Assembly (NCBI GenBank): GCA_964188305.1
Contig: OZ076888.1
Strand: one strand, 5' to 3'
Length of the DNA stretch: 64,000 nt
Origin: Podarcis bocagei
Taxonomy: Eukaryota
A program made the translations under genes and the position numbers. Below the pieces are notes generated by a model that was not told where the DNA came from, ran no database searches, and saw nothing but the letters and a program-made list of their open reading frames with translations. Below are positions 27,075 to 38,099 of the stretch, in pieces (positions within the stretch are counted from its first letter, which is position 1; the number at the start of each line of letters is the position of its first letter).

Positions 27075-27648
27075 AGCATGGTGATTTGCAAGAGGTGCAT
27101 CAGAATTGACAAGAGGAGCCTACATGTGGTATATGGTAGTTAGAAAGCAGCAACCAATACATCCTAGACAATATGTGGGGACACCAGTATGCGTAGTGCT
27201 ATTTATTTATTTTTTAAAAAACAACATGCCACCATGTCCTGACACCTTATCCATTTCTCTTGACTACCGAGCCTTGCAACAGTCCTTATCAGAGCTTAAC
27301 TGTAAGCTTCTGTTGAAAAGGAAGGAATCTGTCTTTCTTCCTTTCATGCTGTAAACTTTACAAAATAAAAGACAAGGAAAAGCCTGGATCGATTGCACTG
27401 CAATGATAAACAGACCTTAGAAAACATTTTACACTGTACACAGTTTTCATACCTAGTTGCCCAGCGAGAAAACTTGCTGTGAAGGCGCCAATATTTCCCT
27501 CATCCCTGTGGATGTTTGCTCATCGCAAGGGAGGATCTAGATCAATGTGCTCTGAAGGCAATCCTATGCGACTTTTAACTGGGAGTAAGTTCCATTGAAT
27601 TCAATGGGGGCTTACTTCAGAGCAGACATGGTCAGGATGGTTATACTC

Positions 27649-27820
27649 AAGGAAACATATATAGCAGAGGGATGCGAGAGGAGTTGCGAGCATCCATTGA
27701 TTTACAGCTGCTGCCTATCCATTTTTCACCAGGAAGGAAACATATAGGAGAGGAATAGAAGATGAATTGCCAACACCCATTGATTTACAGCTGCTGGCTA
27801 TCCATTTTCACCAGGATGGA
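27649..27820. repeat. Two-copy tandem duplication, about 85-bp period
   Basis: aaggaaacatat...ccattgatttacagctgctg.ctatccatttt.caccagga occurs twice. Confidence 0.85.
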
Positions 27821-29119
27821 GGGAGGGGGAGTCTCCCGCTGTTGTTAGACTACAACTCCCATCATCCCTGACCGCTGGTCCTGCTAGCAAGGGATGATGG
27901 GACTTGTAGTCCAAAAACCGCTGAAGATCCAGGTTTGGAAAGCACTGCTCTTAACTTTGGAAGCGCATGCTGAGAAATCCCGCATAAAGAGAAGAGCATT
28001 TTGCATTAGAGGCATGGGGGTGACTGTGTGGGGCGCACCAGGGGGCGAGGTGTTGGGAGGAATGGGGCAGGCTCCGAAGCAACATCAAAGGGACCAAGAA
28101 AAATGTCCATCTGTAAAGCTTGATATCCGCATGCTCTTCCTCTCTCGGGAGATCAGAGTCTTGAATTCAAGTCCACCTAGACATACTACTACTAAGTGAC
28201 CAAGTCCTAAAGTAAAACCAGAGGCTGATGGGAAGGAGGAAGCTTAAGAGAAAACGATGCGAAAGAGGCAGGATTTAATCGTTCCTATGAAAGTCTGTCC
28301 CCAGCCAAGGGCGCCCTGTGAAGGGGGGGGGGGTGCGCGGATGCAACAGGTTATTGCAGCTTTCGAAAACAACTGGGCTGCTGCGATCTCAACCCCCAAA
28401 GCTACTTGCTCCCGTTCGTTTCAGGGCCACTGCTCCGGATTAAGCATTTAGGGGACCGCAGCCTCGATGGTCTTTGAGGATCGCGTTCCTCTCCACTCTA
28501 GTAGTTCAGCATCACGATAGATGGGCCTGAGGATGAATTCCAGCAGGAGCCACGGCACGTTTACTCGGGAGTAAGCCCCGCTGAGTTCAATGGGCCTCAC
28601 TCCTTGGGAAGCCCTAGCCGGGAAGAATTATTTAAACCGGGAGGGTAAGGTTCCAGATCGGACCATTTCGGCGCATGCATACAGTTAGCAAAGACAGCGC
28701 TAGCGTAAAATATTTCCCTTACACTCCTCCCTTTCCCCGAAGTTGAGAAAGGGAATGGCAGACTGGAGCGAGGTTAGTAAGATACTCCCCACCAACACCA
28801 CTAGGAGACCCTAGTTAGCAACCCAGAGCCGGATCCGCCACCCGCTTAAAATATGGACATTTTGAGCAGACGGAGAGTCCTACTGAAACCAAAGAGCGCA
28901 CAGATCAGCAAGGAAACTGGCGTCCGTTGGCTTTTAAAAGAAAAATATTCCCTTCTAGACGAGGCAGAATAGGATAGAGACGGCAGAAAGTTATACTGTG
29001 TGTGTTTGTTTGCAAAGAAGCCCCTTTTCCTGGCGACCACCGATTCCTTGCTTTTCAATGCGACTCAGGCGCCAGACACGCGTTCGCAGCGCGCGTCCTT
29101 TGAGGCCACCTCTCCTTAC

Positions 29120-29300
29120 CTGGCTCTCGTATACCGATCGCGGCGAGGCAAAGTTTCTCCCTAGGACCGGTGCTGATGAGCAGGAACCTGCCAGCGAAGA
29201 AGTCTCGGGTTTGGGGCAGCTGGTAGAGGAAGGAGCTGCTCAGCAGCCTCCAGCGGAGCTGTCCATGGTACCTCGGCGCCGCCAGCTGCGCTTTGGCGAG
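29120..29300 (-). other. CHAT: Candidate 5' (M-like) CHAT exon; 5' boundary unknown
   Basis: Strong donor CAG|GTAAGG at 29120/29119 in a CpG island between VAChT and the first coding exon, where mammalian exon M lies. No transcript evidence. Confidence 0.55.
29255..29275 (-). promoter_or_regulatory. RE1/NRSE-like motif
   Basis: CGAGGTACCATGGACAGCTCC versus consensus TTCAGCACCACGGACAGCGCC: good right half and correct spacing, degenerate left half. Confidence 0.4.
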
Positions 29301-32300
29301 CCTTGTGGCCACGAGCGCGAGCGCTCGGAGGGTTGCCCCCTCTCCACGCGACCCACCTTCCCCCCCCCCCGCGGCTGGGTGTGGAAACTCCTCCCCTTCG
29401 CCCTTCCTATTCGCGCAGCCTGGGATGGGCGAGGAGGCGGTCCAAACGAGGGAACCCGACGAGCAACAGAAGCGCACCGAAAATGTTTACCTCTCTCAGG
29501 TGGAAGAGGGTCGCTGCTTGTGGATGAAAGGCAGGCTGCTGCTGCTTGATATGGGCGGTGGCGGCGGGCCAGGAAAAAGACCACTGCAATAGGCCAAGGA
29601 AGGCGCTCTCTGGTTGGACCAAGTGCTTGTGTGAAAAGCAAGCTGGCTGCCGAACTACACAGAGCGCTGCGTCAGGCAGCGGGGGGGGGGGAAGGGGCGC
29701 TTTCTGGGCGAAGTTAGGGCGAGTCTGCACATTTGAAAAAGGGGCATAGGTGTTTCACTCCTAGGGTTCCCTTTCAAGGGGCTGGAGGTCTCTTGAGCGC
29801 GAATTCTTAGCATCCTTCCTCCAAACCACAGCGGTAATTTAAACGTGCCCTGCTCTTGAGTAATCCCAGAAAGGAGATTGTTGTGGATTTCGATAGGCAT
29901 GTAACCTCGCCCCTGTCCGCTCCCCGTCTCCAGCCTTACATTTCAGAGATACAGTAATTGCTTCCGTAAATATAACCGAACCTTATAATAACTGGTGTGA
30001 TTTATGTAACACTCTTTGTTGGCGAGGATGTTTCCTGTCGCTTTCTGGGTTCAAACTCGCCTACCCAACTGTGATATGTCAATAATATTTCCCTTTCTCA
30101 AATTGAGCGAGGAGACTTGCTCAAAGTTTGTGGCAAAGATATTCCAAGTCCAGCGCTCTTCTTCACTGAACCTCACAACCATATGTCAGGAGTGCTCTGA
30201 TGGTGTTTCCTGCTTGGCAGGGGGTTGGACTCGATGGCCCTTGTGGTCTCTTCCAACTCTATGATTCTATGATTCTCACAGCCGAGGGGAAAACACAGAC
30301 TGTCCCTCACTGCTCCAAGGAGACAAAGAAAGACAGCTCTTTGAACCCCCTACTGTAGGATGCTAGTTCTGGGGCGGAGAGGTTGCAAAAGACTCCCAGA
30401 ATCTGGAAGGGCTGAGTCTCTCAGCCTAACCTACCTCACAGGGTTGCGAGGGAGATTATTGTATGCTGCCTTGAGCTGCTTGGAAGAAAGGTGGGACAAA
30501 ATTGCAATTTAAAAAAAAAATGTCTTGGACATTCGTTGCGACGTTGCAACAATCAATGCACCAGTTAAGTGCCCACTTCTCTCTCTCTCTCTCTCTAAAA
30601 CCCAACAGGGCAATCCTGCTCGCCCCTACTTGGGAGCAAGTCCTATTCAACCCAACCGATTAAACGTGCACATGAGGCGCAGGTGATCTCGCAGCACGTT
30701 ACTCTTCTGAAGCAGAAGTTGCAGACCCAGGGCTGCGATCCTATCTGCCCTTTCCTGAGAGTAAATCCTACTGAACTCGATGGGGATTACTTATGAAGAG
30801 GCAGGCGAAGGCTTGCACCACTTATTTCTCCGTGGGGGGAGTGTTAGCGATGATCTTGCTAATCTGCCAGCTCCCGCCATCGCCCCAGTTCAGTCCCATA
30901 TCCAGATTCACCGCCTCCTTTTTATAAGCGTGGGGCTAATGTCCCTCCCCCTGAAACGGATCTCAGAATGATCAAGCAACGATAAAGATAAGAAAGCGGC
31001 CCTTTAGCAACCCCTGGATCCAAGCGGCCTTCCCCAACAATGTGTAATCTGCGATCTGTTTCACGCGCAATGTGAAAAGCACGGTGTTAATTCGATTTAG
31101 GGACCCTTGATTCTGTGCATCCCACTCCTACTGGCGGGCTGTCTAAATTCAGAGGGGCCTCCTCGCGAGTAAGCGTGAATCGGCTTTCAGCCTTTAAAGT
31201 ATTAATAACATTCAACGGGCTTAGAAGGAACCTTTTCTTGCGCTTAGGTGACAAACGAGCGATCTGGAGAGGAAAATTCGTTGTTAGGTTTCTTTCTTTC
31301 CTCCCCAATAAAAACCACCCCCTTAAAGTGGCGTCAGTTTTCCTTTTTTCTTTCTCCCTCTTTTGGCTGCATAATCGAAAGCCAACAACCCCCCGCCACG
31401 AGCTCCTTTGTCAAGTGCGGCTGAAAATGCATTTCCAAAGCGCTCTTTAGGGTAGACACCCCCAACAGCTCGACAGGGCCATTCTCGTGCGTCGGAATCA
31501 GATGGTTTTTCAACGGAGCTGCGGAGAAAATAACCAACTTGTGTGTCTGCGAGGAAACGATTGAATCGTATTGAGCCACAGCTGGAGAGCTCCGAGGGTG
31601 GCTGGGGGAGAGAAGGGGGCGCGCGGCGAGAGAAAGAACCGGGGCTCTCGGGGGAAACGAAATATTCGGTTCCCTGGGGTTCTGGCACGAAATGAACCCT
31701 TGGACGCGAATGCAGGAGGTCAGATCCTACCTCTTCGCTGTCCGTCCCCCGCCCCCAGCTGCAGATACAAAGGTGTGTGTCCCCCATCAACCCTGGGAAA
31801 GGGACATAAGGCTGCGATATTATACTCTCTTACAGGGGTGCCAACTTGAATAAAATATTGGGTGAGGGGCAGGTAAGCCCCGCCCCGCATAATCGATCAC
31901 ACGACAGGTGCACGGGCACTATTTGAATGACCATGCTCATCAGTTTTGTGGGGGGCCATCCCCCCAAATATTTTATTGGGGGCGGGGACGAAGGGACCTC
32001 GGTAATTCTCACCGGCTGGACCCCCCCCCCCAAGCAGGCGTCTTTAAGATCCGAATGAAAACCGGTGTTGTGTTGCCCTGAGAATGATAGGGGCTAAAAA
32101 TGAATTGTTGGGGAGGGGTTCGTGGAGAGAGGGCAAACAGAGATGAAGTGCTCTTGGCTGGGGTCACCGAGTGTAATGATCTCCATGTTCAGAGTCAGTC
32201 CGCCACTGAAGACCTGTTGTACAGGCAGGTTTTGTGTTTAGGCTGCCCGGATCATCTGCCTGACCAATTTGGGGAGCGGGATACTAGACAACACACACAC

Positions 32301-33125
32301 ACACACACAGAAATCCTTGAGATGGCTAGAGTAGAGGGAGACCCAGCGAAGCTCTTGCGATGCTCCTGCACACCCGGAGCGAAATAGCACCAGGGAGGAG
32401 AAGCAAGGGCAGGAAGGAGATGCCACAGTCTAATCGCTTATTCATCAGCTCAGCGCTACCTCCGGTTTCCCCAGCTTGACAGAGGCTGATCTGGAGCTGA
32501 ACAGCGCTCCAACCAACCTCCTTCTCATAGCTTGCCTGCAGGAGAGTTGTGAGATATCTCTCCCCCCCTTTTTTTCTTTCTTCAGTTATGATGACAATTG
32601 TATTGACTTTTCTCGAAAGCTGTCCACCAACGCTCTCAACCGATCTCTTGGGTCGCGAACTCCTTTGCTCCTTTTCCCTCCAGCTTGAGGACCCCGAGTG
32701 AATTAAGGGGAGCCACGTGAATACTGGGAAATGCAAACGTGGGTGGGAAGGTGGGGAGAGGATTAACAACTAATCTGCCGGATCCAAGCTGGGTGGGGGG
32801 AAGCCATGAACAAGGTAGGTGTCCTCCTGTAGGTCTAGGAGCAGAATGAAAGCGAGGTGATCTGGAGACGCTCCAGAAGTTGCCTCTGTCTTTTGAGGGC
32901 ACGTGGGCTGAGGAGCGAGGCGCTTACTCCAAAGTAAGCCCCGCTGAACACACAGGAGGGAGCTATTTCAGAGTAAAGTTGCACAGGACCACGAGTTCAA
33001 AAACTGGGAGCCTGCTCATTTAGGATGGGGTCGACCCATCCCCAAGAAACCCATGGGATGAAGAGACTCATCCCTACACAAGAAGCCGCCTTATAGCGAG
33101 CCAGATGTGTGCTCCATCTAGGTAG

Positions 33126-33266
33126 AGCTCAGCTGGTAGAGCATAAGACTCTTAATCTCAGGGACGTGAGTTCGAGTCCCGAGTTGGGAGACAGATTCTT
33201 GCCTCGCAGGGCGTTGGATTAGATGATCCTAGTGGTCCCTTCCAACTCTACCATTCTATGATTCTA
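33126..33266 (+). mobile_element. tRNA-Lys(CTT)-headed SINE with CR1-type (ATTCTATG) tail
   Basis: agctcagctggtagagcataagactCTTaatctcaggg...gttcgagtccc head, then ggtcccttccaactctaccattctatgattcta. Confidence 0.85.
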
Positions 33267-34409
33267 TTGCATACGTTGACCGGCTGTGGCAAGCCAGGGT
33301 TTCAGGCAGAAGCTTCTCCCACTCAGACCTGGAGATCACAGAGACTGACCTGGGACCTTCTGCATGAAAAACAGCTGCTCTAGCCCTTCTCCATAATCCA
33401 TTTGTTGGGAAGTGAGCGCCAGTAAATGTATTGAGATTTTACTCCGAGGAAGCAACTTTAGGACCGCGGTCTTAAGCATCCTAACCCTTGCGCAAGATTA
33501 CAAGGAAGGAGATGCGCAGCGGGATCCTAAGTGCCGCTTGGTTGATGCAGTGGACTTTCTCCCTTAGGAGGCACACTGCAGGCTCGACCCTGCTTACTCG
33601 GAAGTAAGTCACACTTACTCCATAATAAGAAACACAATCCTTGCACGCTTAACCTCAGGATCCACCGAGAATTATCCTGCGCAAGCCCCATGGAAATAAA
33701 CGAGAGGCGCGCAATAGCACGCTCTCTCTCCCGATCCAGACCCGTCACTAAAATCTTTCCGATCCCTGCTCACAAAACTTTTCAATATACTTTTACTTTG
33801 TATAAATGCTTCCGACAGAGCGGTGCGCCAGCTGGAGACGCGCAGTTTTGAAAATTCAATTGATTCCAAATCTTCATTTAACCATTGCTAAGGCTGTGAT
33901 CCTAAGCATACCTTCACCAGGAGGTAAGTCCTCTTGAGCTCAGCGCAACTAATTTTTGAGAAACCGTGGGCAAGAGAGGGAGGCACGTCTCACTGAGTTC
34001 CAGGGGCGAGACTGGCAATGCAATCCTATGCACGTCTACTCAGAAGTTCCCAGCTGATTTCAGTTGGGCTTACTCTTAGGAAAGTGGGTAATGGATTGTA
34101 GCCTTAAGCACATAGGTGTACATTGATGGCAGTGGCTTTTTTAAAAAAATTAAAGTGCTTCCCTTTGATTGGATCTGGCCAGCCTGCCTTCGTCTTTTTT
34201 CTATAGTATTTGGGTAGGTGGCAGGAATATATGATTTCAAGCGGATTTCTTGCGGGGGACGGAAGTTGTGTTTCCAGAACGACTCCTATAACTTTATTGT
34301 TGAAGCCAGGAATTAAAGCTCCTATATGGACCCATCTGACAGTCATGAGCATTATTATTAGAAGTTCCACCGAATTCAATGGAATTTGCTCAATAAGCAT
34401 GCTTAGGAC

Positions 34410-34555
34410 CAGTGGCGTAGCGTGGGTTGTCAGCACCCGGGGCAAGGCAAGTAATTTGCGCCCCCTAACCCGTGGATTTGCGCCCCCTAACCCTAACCCC
34501 CAGATGTTGCGCCCGGTGCGGCCGGCCCCCCTGCACCCCCCACGCTACGCCACTG
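34410..34555. mobile_element. hAT MITE (146 bp)
   Basis: Perfect 17-bp TIR CAGTGGCGTAGCGTGGG; 8-bp TSD CTTAGGAC. Confidence 0.92.
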
Positions 34556-34626
34556 CTTAGGACTGCACCCCGGGTCTTTATACAAACAAACAACGAAGCC
34601 AAGACGTACGGTTCCCCTGAACGCCA

Positions 34627-34632
34627 TTTATT
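34627..34632 (-). terminator. Candidate distal poly(A) signal for SLC18A3
   Basis: AATAAA on the minus strand followed by a GU-rich tract (ttcgttgtttgtttgt). Confidence 0.55.
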
Positions 34633-34853
34633 CAGTCGGCACAACCAGTGTAGCAGTTTCAGACTAAAACATGGTACGGCATATTGCATTTATCAGAGTA
34701 GCAGCACAACAGAAAAATAAATAAATGGTTACAGATTTCTGTACCCCTCGCTGAGAGGAGAAATAATACGACGTGATTTCCATTGCTGGCATTAAATATG
34801 AAACCGACAGTTTCCACACAGGTACCTATATATATTTATAAAAATGTACAATA

Positions 34854-34859
34854 TTTATT
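34854..34859 (-). terminator. Candidate proximal poly(A) signal for SLC18A3
   Basis: AATAAA on the minus strand about 750 nt after the stop codon. Confidence 0.55.
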
Positions 34860-35432
34860 GAGACCCCGGATGTGCATTTGGCAACTTACTTTTTTCTCCC
34901 TTACAATTTTAAGAAGTGGTGTTGTAAGGTGTTTCTATGAGAATTTATGCAGGACAGAGTGACTGGCACCTGTTTCCCTCGAGCTACAAAATCCAGGGGA
35001 TGATTCACAAAGGAGGAGCAGACCCTCACAAGCCCAACACCACAAACATAATTTTCAGACCACCTCAAAAACACAACGCTTTCTCGGCGGAGTCAGTTCA
35101 CACATTCAAGTCATCAAGTGTGCCGCAGTCAAGTGTAAGGAAAAAGAAAGAAAAAGAAAACCCGTGTAATTGTGTGAAACGCTTCCAAGGGATAGCATTA
35201 CCCCCGTGTATGTGGCAAACTTAGTGATGTACATGCATGTGTGAACCAGCCGAAAGTCACACACAAACATTGCGAGAAAAACCTCTTGGCACAACAGGGA
35301 GTTTTGGACATGTGCCCTTCCCTCTTTTAACAGGAAAAGACCATCACAGATCTCTGCAAATGCACCGTTCATGTTAGGATAGTTATTTGGAGCTTTCATC
35401 TTGACTGGGTGTTTAAGGTAATACCTTTGAGA

Positions 35433-35503
35433 GAGGAGGAGGAGGAGAAGAAGAAGAAGAAGAAGAAGAAGAAGAAGAAGAAGAAGAAGAAGAAGAAGAA
35501 GAA
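35433..35503. repeat. (GAG)n(GAA)n microsatellite in the SLC18A3 3' UTR
   Basis: Direct reading. Confidence 0.95.
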
Positions 35504-35606
35504 AGCCATCACATCAAGACAAAGGTTAAAGTAGTATATTGGCACATTGGGGCATAACAGCCAAGATGCTCTCCATAACTCCCTCTTGGGGTACTCCGCC
35601 CACCCT

Positions 35607-37244
35607 CTAAGTATAGTCATAGTCTGAAGAGTCCTCTTCAGACGCCCCTCTGAAGTCTCTATGGAAAGAGTCTACGCTATTCTCTTCAGCGCCCCCTACC
35701 GGGTGGAGGTGTTTGCCCTTGCCTTTGCGTTCTTCCATCTTAATAGTGTCGTAGAGTCCCTTGGGCCCCTCCTCCAGGAGAATGTTCCTCTCCGAGTGCG
35801 AGGGCTTCATCTGGCAAATGTTTTTGAGGGCCAGGAGGATGGGGGCGTAAAGCACGTTGGCCAGGCCCATGCCCAGGTTGAGTTGCACAAAGCCAAAGGA
35901 GTGGACGATCTCCCCGGCCACAATAGGCCCCAGGGCGTATGCCACCGAGTAGGAGATGTCGGCGATGGCATAGACGCTGCCATAGACCGACACGTAGCGG
36001 ACGTCAACCAGGAAGGCGAGGGTGGGAAGCAGGGCGGTGTCCACCAGGGCAATGCCGAAGCAGATGCCACACAGAGGGACGGTGAGCTGCCAGAAGTTCC
36101 GGCAGGCAGGCACCATGCAGGAGGAAGCCCCTATGGTGGCCAGGCCCAGCGCCCCATAGAACCACTGGAGGTGGGGGTACTTGTCTGCCAGCTTGACGGT
36201 GACATAGACGCCCAGCACGTGGGGGATGAAGGCCGGCAGCCAGGTGAGGCCCATCTCCCACTCGTTGGCGTCCATGGTCTTCTTCATCCAGTTGGAGATG
36301 GTGGGCTCCAGGAAAGCCAAGGGGATGTTGCACGTGGTGAGGGCCCCGGCTACCACCATGATGTAGGGATCTATCATGAGCTTGTAGATGGGGGTGCCCA
36401 CGGGCATGTTGTCCCGAGACCTGTCGCTGAAAGGCTTGATGGCCAACAGGAGGAGCAGGCCGTCCAGGAGCGAGATGAAGGCCAGGACCAGGAAGGGCAC
36501 CCTCTTGCCCGCGAAGTAGTACAGGATGCCTCCGAAAGGGGGCGCCACCAGGCTGCCGAAGGAGATGAAGGCGAGCGCGATGCCCAGCGCGCGGTTGCGC
36601 TCCGACTCCTCCGTGTACTTGTCGGCGATGAGCGCGATCCCCGACGTGTCGGCAAACGCCGAGCCCAGGCCCTGCAGGCTGCGCGCCGCGAAGAGGGTGC
36701 CGTAGTTCTCGGCGAAGGCGAAGATGATGGTGGACAGGAACATGACGCCCAGGCCGATGAGCAGAGGGATGGCGTAGCCCACGCGGTCGATGAACGTGCC
36801 GCTCAGCGGGTTGACCAGCAGCTGCAAGATGGCCTTGGAGGCGAACAGCACCCCGATCCGGATGTCGTCGCTGTCGGCCGGGTAGCGAGGCCTCAGCATG
36901 GGCCGGGTGCTGTTGAGGGACCAGCCCAGGCCACCACCAGTCGTGGAGATGTTGGAGGCAGCGGTGGCCGGGACGGGCGCCTGTTGCTGCTGCTGCTGCG
37001 CTCCCTGCTGGCGTTCCTCGGCGACGTTGAGGGCGGCCACGAAGTCCGGGACGATGGGCACGATCACCATGTACAACATGTTGTCCAACAGCAGCGCCAC
37101 GCACACGATGACCAGCAGGAGGCGCCGCTGGCGGTTGGCCTCATGCAGGGCGCTGCTCAGGGCTTTCGTGCGCTGGCCCACCGCCTCCGACAGTTTCTCC
37201 ACCGCCGAGCGGGGCCCTGACGGGGCGGAGGCCTCCTCCTCCAT
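35607..37244 (-). CDS. SLC18A3: Vesicular acetylcholine transporter (VAChT), single-exon CDS, 545 aa
   Basis: MFS/SLC18 protein with [26 protein letters not shown] (TM1), [57 protein letters not shown] and a C-terminal SERNILL dileucine plus YDTI motif. Intronless and upstream of the CHAT coding exons on the same strand. Confidence 0.99.
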   Translation of the reverse strand: MEEEASAPSGPRSAVEKLSEAVGQRTKALSSALHEANRQRRLLLVIVCVALLLDNMLYMVIVPIVPDFVAALNVAEERQQGAQQQQQQAPVPATAASNISTTGGGLGWSLNSTRPMLRPRYPADSDDIRIGVLFASKAILQLLVNPLSGTFIDRVGYAIPLLIGLGVMFLSTIIFAFAENYGTLFAARSLQGLGSAFADTSGIALIADKYTEESERNRALGIALAFISFGSLVAPPFGGILYYFAGKRVPFLVLAFISLLDGLLLLLAIKPFSDRSRDNMPVGTPIYKLMIDPYIMVVAGALTTCNIPLAFLEPTISNWMKKTMDANEWEMGLTWLPAFIPHVLGVYVTVKLADKYPHLQWFYGALGLATIGASSCMVPACRNFWQLTVPLCGICFGIALVDTALLPTLAFLVDVRYVSVYGSVYAIADISYSVAYALGPIVAGEIVHSFGFVQLNLGMGLANVLYAPILLALKNICQMKPSHSERNILLEEGPKGLYDTIKMEERKGKGKHLHPVGGAEENSVDSFHRDFRGASEEDSSDYDYT

Positions 37245-37255
37245 CCTCCGCAGCC

Positions 37256-37308
37256 GCTGGGAGTCCAGGGAAAGGAGAAGCAGCCGCAGCAGCCGCAGGA
37301 GGCGTTAG
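37256..37308 (-). promoter_or_regulatory. Putative 3' splice site 12 nt upstream of the SLC18A3 ATG
   Basis: CTAAC branch motif (37308-37304), pyrimidine tract cttctcctttccctggactcc, and the first downstream AG at 37258-37257. Confidence 0.6.
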
Positions 37309-38099
37309 CTGGGCATGGGGCGAGGGGAGCAGAGGAGCCCTGCTGGGATGGGTGGCGGTGGCGGCAAGAGGAGCCTCGTCTGTCCCACCAGTCTCTCTCT
37401 CTCTTATCTATCTCTTCCTCCCTCCCTTCACTTCTCCGTGCCTTTCAACCCCCTCTTTCCCCAGATCTCATTCCCCAGGGTCTAACAATGCTTCCTCTCC
37501 TGTCTTACCCTGCTCCCCTCCTTTCTCCAGAACGAACTTTCTTTCTTTTCTCTTTCTCCCTCCCCCCTCCACTTCCCCAGGAGGCTCGGCCGCCTCCCTT
37601 CACTCCTCGCCTTCCCCGTTCTTAAACGCAGCCCTCCTTCCACGACGCCACCCCTGGCTTCCCCGGCTTTCCTTCCAGAGGCCCCCTCGCCTGCCCCTGC
37701 TCCCCCCACCCACAAGCCTTTCCTACCGGCTCCTCTCCTTCCGGTGTTCCGCGCTGCCCTTTGGAGCCAGACGCGCTCCTCGGTGGCTCGACTTCCAGAC
37801 GGAGCCCTCCCTCCTCCCTCTCTCCGTCTGTCTTTCCCCTCCTCCTCCTCCTATCCGTCTCCCTCGGACCTCACTCGCCCGGAATCCCGAGCCTCTCTCT
37901 TCTTTCGCCCTCTCGCCTTTCTGGTCAAGCGGCTCTCCGTGGCTGCGCTCCTTGAATGCTGTCAGTCTTTTTCAGGAGGCATCCGAGGGCGCGTCCTCTT
38001 GCGCTTGCCTTCGCCTTTCCCCCCCTGGCCAAGGCTTGGTGAGGTGGCAGGAACCGAGGGTTGCCCATCAATCCGTCCAATCTGGAGAGTGGAGGGCAA

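Larger units (their letters stand above)
28250..30000. promoter_or_regulatory. CpG island, candidate CHAT M-type promoter
   Basis: Sharp local rise in GC and CpG content compared with the CpG-poor introns. Confidence 0.7.

Noticed and set aside
33126-33190. Possible tRNA-Lys gene
   Set aside because: Acceptor stem is incomplete, there is no Pol III terminator, and it runs directly into a CR1-type tail, so it is a SINE head.
27557-34570. CRISPR-like reading of the recurring palindromes
   Set aside because: Eukaryotic locus, irregular spacing, diverged copies and no cas genes.
35661-37220. 519-aa antisense ORF (and the 366-aa alternate-frame ORF at 36004-37104) over SLC18A3
   Set aside because: Expected shadow of a CDS with very high GC3; no recognisable domain.
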